DNA of 64,000 nucleotides from Podarcis gaigeae (Eukaryota), in the NCBI GenBank assembly GCA_964106915.2, contig OZ066916.1, one strand, 5' to 3'. The notes under the pieces are model-generated. The model saw nothing but the letters and a program-made list of their open reading frames with translations. It searched no databases and was not told the origin of the DNA. A program made the position numbers and the translations under genes. Below are positions 1-12,702 of this stretch, piece by piece (the stretch's first letter is position 1; each line of letters begins with the position of its first letter).

Positions 1-136
1 TGGATAAAACGGACCTAAATTAGAAGCAAAATTACTCTATGTATTCATAAATTATATACTTATTTCCATTCTTCTAACAAGGTTTTAGAGCTGCATAAAT
101 TAAGTCTACCATTTTTCTGGAACACAAAGACAATAT

Positions 137-661
137 TGTTGCACACCACCCCAATCTCCAAGCAGTGTGAGATCCCGGGAGTTCCAGGAGCTTACCCAAG
201 ATTTGGTTTCCTCAGAATGAGGAACAGCAGAGAGTGTGGTGTCTTTAGGATATATGGCTTATTTACACATATATACAACCTGAGTCTACAGTGGAGGGGC
301 TCACAGCATCAACACCCCAAGAAGATTTTGCTTCAACCATAGCTGAAGCCTTGAGTCCCTGCAGAAATCAGGCATGGCTCTGTCTCTCAGCTACCCAGCC
401 TAATTCTAGCCTCCAACTCACTCTCACACCTCAACTTTGTCTTTTGTCTTTCTAACTAACAGCTAGCTGAGGGAGGGGGCATCATCCATTTATTTTCTGG
501 CACAGAGCCACTTCCTTTGTTACCTTAATGACCCATACTTGGGACCATTACCAAGAAGCTACTTCAACAATTGAATGATCAATTAGATTTTAACCCTTGC
601 TGGACCCAAGAATTAGAAGGGACTCAGGCATACAGGCTAATCCCATCCCCAAATCACAACA
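137..661. mobile_element. Solo-LTR-like element
   Basis: About 525 bp bounded by TGTTG...CAACA. No matching TSD seen. Confidence 0.4.
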
Positions 662-3600
662 CTTTTATTGCTTTGAGGTCTTATGCAGAGGTACAATTTA
701 ACTGTAGTTCTATTAAATCGTCTCCCTTGGGTATCTTTTTATGCTATTCTTTTCTAAACCAGCAAATGTATAGGTTAGCATCCATCTGTCCTGGGAGACA
801 ATGGAGGACTGGGCCTTCAGGGAGTGTGCCTGTGAATTTGCTGGTTTAGAAAAGAATAATAATATAAAAAGATACTCATAAATTCATAAATGCACTAGTA
901 ACGCCATCTGCAAAGTGGCACCTCCCATTCCATTTCTTCAAGGACTCTTTCCTTGTCAATGAATGACGTTGCAGTTAATGGGGAATTTTGTGAAATGCGG
1001 AGTGTGTGGCGAGTCGAGAGAATAAGCTGTTGTCCCACACAAGGGACATACAAGAATTTTGCATAAATGTGGTTTTTCTAAGCAAACAAGTCACAATAAA
1101 GGACACAAAGTCACATGCAGTGCTAAATATGCGTGAACTTCATCTTGGGGAGAAGTCAGGGTATTGTAAAAAAAAATAAATCAGTTGAAACCATACTCTC
1201 ATTACCAAAAATAGACTCTGTCTAGCAGTGCCTTTAGGGTACAGCTATCTCATCACACTCACAAAAATAGTCATCACATGGATTCACATGTAATGTTGGA
1301 TGGAAAGTCCAGTCCTGTCCGCCCCCCGCTAATAGAACAATTGTATGCATTTTATTCAGATGAACCCTACTATATGCAGTGGAGACTACTCTTAGGTAAA
1401 TATTCATAGGACTGCAGCTTAAGACTGGAACTTGAGGAATCGTCTTCACACAATGCATGGCACAACCCTTAGCACTCCAGTGTCCGGACAGTTACAACAG
1501 GCTTCCTTTCAAATTCAGTATGAGTTGTAGATATTCTCTGGGGATGGTTCAGTAGTTTTGTGTATAATTTATACTCCACTTGCATGTACTTCAAGTGGCT
1601 TACAAGCTCCGTTTAAGAAACAGTAATCAATAACGCAACATCAGTAAAGAAAATGAAAGTATCAGTAGCTGTGGTGTGAGCCAGATGACGTAATCAAAAG
1701 CCTGTGCGCAGTTTTCAAGTATTTTAGCTACAGCAGTAAAGAGAAGAAGCCATTCCCAAGAGAGAGCTATGCCTTAACTGTATCTTAATGTATGGGAACA
1801 TGACTCTTATTTTCAGATAACTGTTGCTGAGTGGTTTGACTTCATATTACCACCATGGCCATTAAAAAGTGAAATAGTTTTGTTGGCTTTCTTGAACCAG
1901 GTTTGAAGAATGAACACATTCTTGCACAGAACTTGGCTTTGAAAGTACACCTAATTATGTGGTCGGCTGACAAATTCACTCCTAGATCCAGACATAAAAC
2001 ATTTAATTCAATAAGGGGGGAAAATGATGTGCATGTGTAACACTTTGAGTTCCTAATCCCTTGATGTACCAGGTTGACCCTGTGAAAGTCTCTGTTGAAG
2101 TAAAACTCAGATACCTATTTATTTTACAATGTGTACAAGTTAATAATCCTTTATTGTGTTTTTTGAAAAATGACATTCATTTTCTTGAATGCACCTCTAT
2201 TCTGATTGGATGCTGATGAAAATAAAGAACTAGAGAGAGAATAATCAAGAAACAAAATTTAAACCATTTTTCAGTGGATGTAGAAATGTGTTTCACTACT
2301 TCTAAGCAAGGATGCCAAGCACATATTATTTTTAAGTGGTACAGCTCATAAAACTACCTTCTGGCAGGTAACTGGTACCAGGGTCTAAAAAATTCAGTAA
2401 ATATCATAGACAGCCTGAAAGTTTTATTTATATATTTATATGTTTCTATTGTCCCCAGCTCTGGACCCACCAGCCTGGACATGACCTGCCAGGTTTACTG
2501 ATGTCAGCAACATTTCCAATTATTTGGTGTGGTATGCAAATTAGTCCAGCTTGTAATATTTGGCTGTGAGATCGGTCACCCATTGTAATGTGGACTGGGG
2601 TCACACTGAGTAGGGCACAGTGGTGTATCCACATGCATCCACTAGCACTACATAGGTTTGGGAGCAAGACACTGGAGCTCTCAGGCTCCAAACATGACAA
2701 ATACACAATGCATGACACATGATGTCATTCAGCTGTGCATCTCCCAGAAGCATGGAGTGGTCGGTACTCCATCACGACTCATAGCTTCTAGTCCCACCCC
2801 AAAGGTACCTTGGTGAAGATAAACAGGTGATCTGGAAGTAGTGTCACCCTCTCCAACATCTTGCTTTTTAACCACTTCAGTCACTGCCTTCAAATTTCAC
2901 CTGCAGATGCAGATTCAATTACCCCATCTCCAAATGAATCCAATTAACTTCAGCTGCCCTGAGATCACCCCTGTGAACACTGCACAATTATAGACTCACA
3001 AAACCCCCTCTCTAGAGGGAGGCAACAACCAGCAGTGAGGCTGTAATTACTATGCACAGACCCAGACTCAGGCTGGCTAGCCGAGTATATGCTCCATAAA
3101 AGAATCTCTGTCAGAAAAAAGGAATGGAGACAGAGTGACTCCAAGGTCTTTACTTTGTAGAGACAGTTCCTTCTTTCAGACTTGTACTGAGTTCTGCAGC
3201 CGTCCTCCCCTGTAGACAGTTCTGTCAATGAACTGCAAGGTACTATAGAAACAAAAAGGCACTGATGAGAACAAACCCAACACACACTGTTTCAGTTCAC
3301 TGAAACCTATGGAGTGCCATTGCACTTGATTACATGGCAAGCAGAGATTTTGGCAGTCCGTGACCATATGGATAACTTCTCTGCGTCCTTATATCTAATT
3401 GTAAATGTAGCTTCACCATAGCAGTCAGCAAAAGTGTCCAGCTGCTTTTAACTGTCCGCGAATATAATGAAATAATGGCTGGATTATGGGAGGGTGGAGG
3501 AGACAGAGGGTCCTTAATGAGATCCACAAGCCATACCTCTGACTTCCCCTAATTTTAGTTCTACTATGCCTTCAAAAAGCAAACAAATAACTAAGGATGC

Positions 3601-5570
3601 CTGGCAACCTCTGGAGTCCCATAATTATAATACTGATAATGGCTGCCTCTGTTTATTGATGAGTTACTGTATACATTGAACTTATAATCAAAAAATATAG
3701 TACAGCACATCAAAGGTGCTCTATGTATGCTGAATAAAGAGGACCAGTGAAAAACTGAAGGTATTCTAAATGTGCTCAGAGACTATAACGTGCAGCAAGA
3801 AACACAGAGCCTCATAAAATCTGGATATATGTCTGTCTTAAAGGGACCTTCCTCACACTTTGGGAGTCATAGTTAAGTCACCTGTCTGTTACCAGCTAAT
3901 GCAGATCAATTTTATTGGACCAACCAAAGAGAAATGTATGTTGTTGTCATTTCTGCCGTATTAATGGTGTTTTAAAGACAGATCTTGTCTTCATCATTCT
4001 TCCAACAAGAAACCAAACAATAATATTGATTTGCCTAAGAGTATCTGACAAAATCATGCTGGACAGGGATTTTGCTGCAAATTAGTCCAGTACTTTGTCT
4101 AGTGGATTATACTGTTGTCTGTTTCAGACGAATCCCAGCCCCAGTGCAAGGACCTTGAGTTTGTTTTTGCCATCACATAGAAATAATGTTTGAGGCTGTT
4201 CACCCAGATGAATGAAAACAATAGAAATGTTTATAAAATGAACTTTTTTAAAAAAAAGAAAATAAAAGAAAATTTGAAATATTTTATCTCTATTTCACAC
4301 ACCATTTCAATTACAGCAGCTTTCTGGTTTGCCTCACCTCTGGGTCTGGGTGCTTAATGCTTAAAGCCATCATTTTTTTCATGATGTGTTGAGGGAAGGA
4401 GACCCTCTTGCTGTGTTAGAATTCCATTCCTAAAGGAACCCCATCCCTACAACAATTTAAAACACTGTTTAATATGTCACCATTATTGTTCTTTGGAAGC
4501 AGTGCTCTTCCTCTGTCCAGTGCTGAAGCAAACATCTAGTCATCTTTTTTAGTAGGGAAAGGGTGAAGCAGTATTCTGCCAGCTGTTTGTGTGGATTTGT
4601 GTGAATATGATGGAAAGTCTTCTAAAAGGTGGATGGTCACGTTGTGGCTCATTGCATTGAAAGACCCAGAGGGTAGTATGGCAGACGCCACTGAAGTGAG
4701 TCAAAAAGAGTGTTCTTTACCTGAGGGAGACCACAGTTTACCTGACACTGTTGTCTGATTAAGCCTGTATGGCTCAATCAGAATGACATCTCTTTTTTTT
4801 GTATGACTCACACTACTTATTGGAGGAAGAAGCTACATCTTAAGTTCACATGATTCTCATATGCTATGAATGTACGAGTAGATAATTAACCGTTGCTAGC
4901 TAATAAATGCTGGCAGAAGCAAGGATTCTGTTCAAAGGCTTTACAGACAGGAGTTGCATAGTTTGTGGCATAGAAACTGACTCATAAACTTTAACTAGTA
5001 GGGGTGAATGTCAGATGATCTCCATCCCGCATATGTTTTGGAACATTTTTGTCGTTAGAGTTGCAAGGAGCCAGACTTCAAGATGAGTTCCAGTGCAGGT
5101 TTGGAAGTTGGAACCACTGAATATTTGATAAACAAGGTTTTTGAAGTTTGCCTTAAGTGGCCCTGCATACAATAACGAATTCTTTCATCCTAGTAGCTGG
5201 ATGCCGCTATGTGGTGCCTGCCAAATATTTTATGCAATTGGTTGTCACCAGTTTGCAAAAGGAGACAATCTAGCGAAAGCACTTGACTATACATGTTTAT
5301 TTAGAAGTGTGTGAAACCAAGAGATCTGGGTTACCTTTCTAGTAAAACAATATCTCAGAATGGCTTGCAGGAGGAAAAAACAGCTAACTAAAGAACAAAC
5401 AATAATTAAAAGTGTTTTAAACAGAAGAGATCAATAAAACATTTAGAAATGAAATCAGAGCAGCCAGGGGCGCCGACTTATAAAAAATATTGGGGGGGGC
5501 CATACCGGGGTCCTGCCCCGGGAAGTTTTCTAAATTTTAGATGAAAATTAGTGAGTTTTAAAGTTTTTTA

Positions 5571-6106
5571 AAGTATTTTAGAGTCATATGATCAACATTA
5601 GAACCCCGAAAACTCGACTCTCTATAACTCCACACTCCGGGAAACTCGACAAGCCTGAAACACTTTTTGGCTTTGAAAAAAGAAACAAAACAAAAACACG
5701 CACGGTATTTTCGTAAAAAGCTAATTTAATTTACAGTAACAATTATGCTTATAGACTATTACAGAGCAGTGAATATATAGCTCTGAAAAGACTGAAATGA
5801 TATTTAAATAAATCCTAAACTATCATTAAAAGAATAAAAGTATTTTAGAGTCATATGATCAACATTAGAACCCCGAAAACTCGACTCTCTATAACTCCAC
5901 ACTCCGGGAAACTCGACAAGCCTGAAACACTTTTTGGCTTTGAAAAAAGAAACAAAACAAAAACACGCACAGTATTTTCGTAAAAAGCTAATTTAATTTA
6001 CAGTAACAATTATGCTTATAGACTATTACAGAGCAGTGAATATATAGCTCTGAAAAGACTGAAATGATATTTAAATAAATCCTAAACTATCATTAAAAGA
6101 ATAAAA
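5571..6106. repeat. Tandem duplication, 2 x 267 bp
   Basis: GAGTCATATGATC starts at 5581 and 5848. Copies are near-identical (one difference noted, CACGGTA vs CACAGTA). Confidence 0.95.
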
Positions 6107-6492
6107 CATAAAATATTGCTGTCGCACAGTAATAGCACTTTGATTAATAAGTGAAATAGCTAATTTAAGCTTACTTTGAATAAGGCTGAGGGTTCATTAA
6201 ATAAATATAAAATCTTAAAGTTAATGCTTTAATACAGTTAATAAAGTTAATACAGTATGCCTAATACTGTATGTAAATACTGTAATACTGTATGTAAATA
6301 ACGGGCTTTAATTGGGTCTTACACCCTAAAAATATTTAAGTATTTGAAAATAACTAATACAGTACTATAGTTATATAGAAATACAGTACTAAACTAGTAC
6401 TAATATTTCAAAACTGAAAATTAAACATTCTGTATGTATTTAATTCTCTATTTTACAAAGATTTTTAATATCTGACAGTGAGTTTGGAGTAG

Positions 6493-6850
6493 CCCAATGC
6501 AAAAATCCTGAGGATCCATGTGGATCCATGCTTTGTAACCACGTTTTTGCACCACTGTGACCCTAGGCAACAGTGGGTGCGTGATTTTTTTGGTGCAAGA
6601 TGTAGCCATGGACATGCTATGTGATCTGATGGTGAATTTGGGGTGACCCAATGCAAAAATCCTGAGGATCCATGTGGATCCGTGCTTTGTAACCACGTTT
6701 TTGCACCACTGTGACCCTAGGCAACAGTGGGTGCGTGATTTTTTTGGTGCAAGATGTAGCCATGAACATGCTATGTGATCTGATGGTGAATTTGGGGTGA
6801 CCCAATGCAAAAATCCTGAGGATCCATGTGGATCCGTGCTTTGTAACCAC
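6493..6850. repeat. Minisatellite, 154-bp unit, about 2.3 copies
   Basis: CCCAATGCAAAAATCCTGAGGATCC recurs at 6493, 6647 and 6801. Confidence 0.95.
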
Positions 6851-9290
6851 ATTTTAAATGGGGAGGGAAGGAAAAACACAGAAGGGACAAGAAGCACAAG
6901 AGGGGTGTGCGGAGAAGCAGCTGGCTAAGAATGCAGGGGAGGAGTTTAACGGGGTGGGGGGAGGAAAGGAAGGCAAAAGTCCCCCCCCCCCAAGCCAGCC
7001 CTCTCTCTCTCTCTCCCACCTGTATCCCTAGAGCACGGAGAGGAGGAGGTGATGGGCTGGAGCCTGCATGCAGTGTGACTAGGAAAGAATTAGAAGGAAG
7101 GACTCGATCCTTTCCTTAACCCTCTGCTTGCCAGGAGGGCAGTGGATTCCCTGCTCTTTGTTGAGTTTGAGCAAATGCAGCAACAGAAGCGGGTGGGCAG
7201 TAAGACCCTGAGGCAGAATGCAGGAAAGCAGCAGCTTCCGCCTTCCCTCTGATTTTTGCCTGATTTGATTTTTGCCTGATTTTTGCCTATTTTTGCCCCT
7301 GCGCTCCGGCGAGTCAGCTCCAGGGACCACACATTCGCTCAATAACACGCACAGACATTTCCCCTTACTTTTTAGGAGAAAAAATCTGTGTGTTATAGAG
7401 CGAAATTTACGGTAATAATTTTCTTAGATTATTGGGGGGGCAGAGCCCCCCAAACGAATTTTTGAGGGGGCTCGGGCCCCCTCAGGCCCCATGGAGTCGG
7501 CGCCTATGAGAGCAGCAGAAAAGAGGGTTCACAGCATTAACAGCTATTGTAAGACACTAAAGGTCTTGGAAAACTGGAAGATCTTAACATGCATTCTGAA
7601 TGAAGAAAGAATTTAGACCATTCTCAGCTACTGAGGGAGAAGAGTATTATACGAAAGGGTTGCCATAACTGAGAAGGCCTTCTCCATACCTCTTAAATTT
7701 CAGTCAGGTTCATACTGGAGAAGATGATCCTTTAAGAACCCAGATCCAAGCTATTAAGATTTCATGTGTCGTGACATGCTCACCATTCCTCTTACATTGT
7801 GGGCAAATTGGGGACCTCTTTTGGGGATCCCTTGTGTAGTTCCTCACCTGCGTAATAGCTTATCACTACGCATGCATTTTAAAGTAGCAGTATAATTGGG
7901 TATGATCCAGCCAAAGTGGTCTAAAATCCTGTTGATTCCAGTTGAAGAGTTAAGCATGAGGTTGAAATCACTGTGAAAGGCACTTAGTGAATCATTCCTA
8001 TTATCTAGGTTTTTCTTCCCACCCCAAGAATTCTGAACAAGTTCTATAACACTGATTAAAAGAAGTACAGTCATTATTAACGCAGTTTACAAAGAAAAAA
8101 AATCACGAAGGACTTATAAATAGCTTGTATGGTGATGTCAAAGAGAGCAATTAAGGAATTCACTTCAAAAAAGATGGCGTGAAAGAACTCCATTCATTTA
8201 CTATTGCTTCTCTAAGAAAAGGCAGTACATTGAAGCAGACAGATTCCCCCCTCCCAAGAAACAGAGATCACTTAGAATGTCTAACTTAGTTCTTCTTTAG
8301 TTTCTATGATCACTTCATTGATTACTTGATCAGAAACTGAATGGAAGACAACATCTGTTCCAGCTGCATCTCAGCTTTCCCTGAATCATAGTAGCACTTT
8401 TTCTTAAATAATACCAATCCTTATTTATTATTGTAGCCAGTGCTTTGAGAGGCTTGTGGGTGAGAGTTAATTATAGAACAAATTGTTTTTTCACCTGTAA
8501 CACAGATTTCTCACTCTGCTACATGTTTCTTTCCCTTATCCAACTGCCCCTTGCTTGAAGTACAGTCATCAAACCCTAACAACCAGTTTAACAGGAATTG
8601 TTTACCACGAATCAGTCCATGCTGGATTCAGGGGGAGGCTATTGTACGTCTAGCAGCTGTAGAAGCTAGTGACCTTAAACCACCTGCTGAGAAAACAATC
8701 AACATATTTTGTGTTTGGAGCACTGTTGCATATTTACTAGAGTAGCTTGTATCTACCAGTTATTATGATGTTAGTAATTCAGTTCAGACATGAATCATGG
8801 ATCGTCTCGTAACTCGGACAAACAGAAAATATCAGGAATGTTTCACCTGCAATTGAATGAGTTGTCTTGCAGCTTACAAAGTCCATGCAGGTGCTGGCAC
8901 AAACTGCATCAGCCTCCACATGGAGAAGAAGGAAGGGAAGAGATCCAGTCGGCTATTTTTAAAAGCCCATTGGAGAAGAAAGCAAGACACTAAGTCTGCA
9001 TAAGCACAGGGTGTGTGCGCGCATTAATAAATATACTTACTATGAATCACCATAGTATCTAGGATTTTTTACTGGCTCTTGTTGAGCTCCTTAAGGCATG
9101 GTGGGGAAGGCACATGAGGCAACCACTTTGTTGAACCTAAGCAGGTCTGGGCAGGCAATGGATATGTGAGCACCTGGGAACCACCTTCAGTTCCATGATG
9201 GGTGGGATATAAATGTGAGACAAAAATAAAATAGGCCCCCCCCCATTTAAAAGGCTAGATTGATATTTGGTAGGCATACTACAAAAGAGA

Positions 9291-9853
9291 TACTACAAGG
9301 ACCAGTTGGATGCGGAGGAATGGTGGGAGGAGCCAGCTGGGAAACCCCTAAAGGAAGAAGGCTCAGAGCCAGGGGATTGGTGGTGGGACAATGATGAGTG
9401 GTCAAAGGGAGAGGCCTGGGAGAAGGAGGTGTCAGAAGCTGAAGAGCTAACAGGGTTTAATGACCAGCAAGAGTCTGTGGCAGAAAGAAGTCCAGATTCA
9501 GAAGCCAAGGCAGGAGAGGAAGGAGACCAAGAGGCAGAGGAGTCTGACCTCAAAGAGGCATGAGTGTCTCTCCCTCCTGCTGTGACAAGCTCACTTCCCC
9601 GCAGTCTCCCAGAACCAGAGGAGGCATGAAACAGGAGGAGCAGGTACACAGGTGCAGTCTCAGACTGTTTGGGGATAGCCCTGGGGAGGAGGGGACTTAG
9701 TTGTGGGAAGGTGGGGACCTTCAGTCTGCAACTGCTTCATGGGGTAATTCCTATCGAAGAAGAGTTGCTGTGCTCTTTACAGATGCTGTTTTTTCCTAAT
9801 AAAGAGTTAACTCCACTTACCTTGTGCAATATACAGCTGCCCTGCTCCTGACA
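9291..9853 (+). mobile_element. Solo-LTR-like element (probably Gypsy-type)
   Basis: Purine-rich 5' part with GAGGAATGGTGG, AATAAA at 9798, ends CCTGACA. Same layout as 12191-12702. 5' end is degraded. Confidence 0.6.
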
Positions 9854-11470
9854 AATGGGTGTGTGTGTGAGGAAAATAAGCAAAGGTTAATACTATGGCC
9901 GCAGTATGTAGTATCTGTGTCTTTAAGGCAGGGATGACTAAACTGGTGTCTCCAGGTGTTGCTGGACTCCAGCTCCAGCCAACAAGGCCAATGGTGAGAA
10001 AAAGACTGTAAAATGCTTTGTGTGCATTGGCAGAAAGGTGACATATAAATATAGCAAACAAATTAATATTCACAAAACAATTTAAAGTACAAGCTGTTCA
10101 CCCATAAAGTGTTTTTTATTTGACTACCATGGTCAATTAAGATAGCATCTCTTTGCCTATAGGTAGAAGTAAATGCTACAAGCTGACTATTGCTCAGGTT
10201 CATACAGAAGTGAACTTCAATTGGTGCATTAAATGAAAAAGGTCAGCAGAAATCATCCATCCCCATTTTGGAATTCCAATGATTTGATTACCAAGGATGA
10301 ATCTGTTAATGGCTCCAAGTTATGCTGGCTATATACAACCTTCTGCTGGGAAGCAATGCAGGGAGATGTCTGTTGCCTTTGGACTTCTTAGGAACAGCTG
10401 ATTAGTCAATATGGAAACAAGAAGCTGAATGAGATGGACCACTGGCCCATTCTAGTAGTGTTCTTCTTACAGTGGCTTGTTCTTCTTTTGTTTTCTCATT
10501 AAAGAAAATAGCAATGCTGGAGGTAGAAATAGATTTCAGCTACTTAAGATGGCATTGGGAAAAGCAAGAGAATATTGCAGAAGAGAACGTATAATACTGT
10601 CTAGCCTGAATTATATTTATATGTAGGTCTTTGATTACAGATCACTGAATAAAAGCACTATCTCAATAACTGATTGCTCATGCATTTATCCCATTTCTGT
10701 TCTATACATATGCTGCAGCTTCCTTGAGTCTCATTCCTTTGTTATGGATTGAAGTAATGTAGCAATATATTCCTATATACAACTTTGTGGCTCTAAGAGA
10801 GATGTCAAGACTGCCAAAACCACTTCAGAGACTGAAGATGCTGTGCCAAAAGAGTAGTGTCTGGCAACAACAGTTCAGCCTTGAGTTCTTCACTGCTCCG
10901 CTTTACCTAACGTATTTTCCACCCAAAACCCAAATCATATTGTTCTCTTTTCAGAAACAAGAAATTTTTCCATAAGATCAAAGTCACCCTTTCGGATGCA
11001 CTGCAATTACTCACATATTGAGCAACTTTTTAAATGAAGGCCAGCAGAAAATACTTCTGTGTTGCAACCAAATTAAAATCGACACATCCAGATCATTATT
11101 CATAGTAGTTTCAGCATCCACATCCTTTGTGCCTTACTAGTCTCGTTTTAAGACTGTGCTGTAAAGAGTTTGCTTGAACTCTGTGTTGAGAACTGGTGAC
11201 TTTTCACCCAAATCGAATTTTGCTAACGAAGGGTGACAGAATTTACAACCCAGTCCTAACAAAATCTCATCAGCATCAGCCGAATTTACTACCAAATAAA
11301 TATGCTTAGGTTTTAGTCATGCAGCACAATGCTTTATATGCCTACTCAGAAGTAATTCCCTTTGAGTTGAATGTGACTGTCTCCTAGGCTTAGGCTGCAG
11401 TCCTAACCCCACTTACCCAGGAGTAAGTCCACTGAATTCAATAGTTGGACTAGATGACCCCCGGGGTCCC

Positions 11471-11604
11471 NNNNNNNNNNNNNNNNNNNNNNNNNNNNNN
11501 NNNNNNNNNNNNNNNNNNNNNNNNNNNNNNNNNNNNNNNNNNNNNNNNNNNNNNNNNNNNNNNNNNNNNNNNNNNNNNNNNNNNNNNNNNNNNNNNNNNN
11601 NNNN
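11471..11604. other. Assembly gap (N run)
   Basis: 134 Ns. Confidence 1.
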
Positions 11605-11970
11605 AAGAGACCACAAGGGCCATCAAGTCCAACCCCCTGCCAAGCAGGAAACACCATCAGAGCACTCCTGACATATGGTTGTCAAGCCTCTGCTTAAAGA
11701 CCTCCAAAGAAGGAGACTCCACCACACTCCTTGGCAGCAAATTCCACTGTTGAACAGCTCTTACTGTCAGGAAGTTCTTCCTAATGTTTAGGTGGAATCT
11801 TCTTTCTTGTAGTTTGGATCCATTGCTCCGTGTCCGCTTCTCTGGAGCAGCAGAAAACAACCTTTCTCCCTCCTCTATGTGACATCCTTTTATATATTTG
11901 AACATGGCTATCATATCACCCCTTAACCTCCTCTTCTCCAGGCTAAACATGCCCAGCTCCCTTAGCCGTT
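11605..11970 (-). mobile_element. CR1 LINE 3' fragment
   Basis: Encodes ERLRELGMFSLEKRRLRGDMIAMFKYIKG...RTRSNGSKLQERRFHLNIRKNFLTVRAVQQWNLLPRSVVESPSLEVFKQRLD, followed by a CR1 3' UTR. Confidence 0.93.
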
Positions 11971-12028
11971 CCTCCTCCTCCTCCTCTTCTTCTTCTTCTT
12001 CTTCTTCTTCTTCTTCTTCTTCTTCTTC
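11970..12028. repeat. (TCC)n(TTC)n microsatellite
   Basis: Read directly. Confidence 0.97.
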
Positions 12029-12190
12029 ATTCAAAAACAACAACAGCCCTGTATCTCATGTGCCACATTTCTGGGTAGAGAGGTATATCTTCCACATATC
12101 AAAAACTAAGAAGATGATTGAGCTGAATGTGTCAGTGGAAGCCAATGTCATCAATTTTCAGCCTTGGCCCAGTTCTTTAAGCAAGTCTGC

Positions 12191-12702
12191 TGTCAGGGAC
12201 TGGGCAGAGGAGGAATGGTGGAGACTGTCTCCCCAGCTTGACCCTTCCAGGGAGGAGGAAGAGGAAGACAGTTTAGATTTAGAACAGGGGTTTGAGGGAG
12301 GTCACAGCTCAGAGGCACATGAGGGGGAAAGTTGGGAAATAATGGGAGAGGAGGAGAAGGAAGCACCAGGGGTGCAACAGCTGACAGACACAGTGTCTTT
12401 AGAAAGCATTCCAGGCGCTCCATCTCCCAGAACCCAGTGAGCCTTGAAAGTAGGAGAGCAAAGAGCTCTTAGACTGAGGGCATATAGCAGCACCTGTAGG
12501 AGAGACTATGAGAATGATGAATGAGGAAGTGGGAGAGATGGGAGTGTGTGGAGATTCACTCAAGACAGCACCATTATCCAAGAGGCTGGGTTCTATGGCC
12601 TCTCTCTGTAAATACTGAATAAAAAGTGGAGGGTAAGAAACATTCCCTTGTCTTTGTACGTTCCTGGGCAACCAGCTGGGAGTCACTGGCAGCAGCCTGA
12701 CA
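12191..12702 (+). mobile_element. Solo LTR (512 bp, probably Gypsy-type)
   Basis: Termini TGTCAGG...CCTGACA form a 7-bp inverted repeat. AATAAA near 12618. Flanks TCTGC/CCTGT only partly match. Confidence 0.7.

Larger units (their letters stand above)
5465..7508. mobile_element. Non-autonomous composite hAT DNA transposon (2044 bp)
   Basis: TIRs CAGGGGCGCCGACT and (reverse complement) CATAGGCGCCGACT. Perfect 8-bp TSD AGAGCAGC at 5457-5464 and 7509-7516. No transposase ORF. Confidence 0.9.

Noticed and set aside
6448-6897. Repetitive ORFs or a CRISPR-like array
   Set aside because: These are contiguous 154-bp tandem units with no unique spacers, in eukaryotic DNA. The same peptide appears in all three frames because the period is not a multiple of 3.
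11657-12440. Poly-Glu and poly-Ser ORFs as host genes
   Set aside because: They are read-through chimeras of a CR1 fragment, a (TTC)n microsatellite and an LTR.
9291-12702. The two LTR-like elements as the paired ends of one retrotransposon
   Set aside because: They are too divergent from each other, and I saw no PBS, PPT or gag/pol sequence between them.
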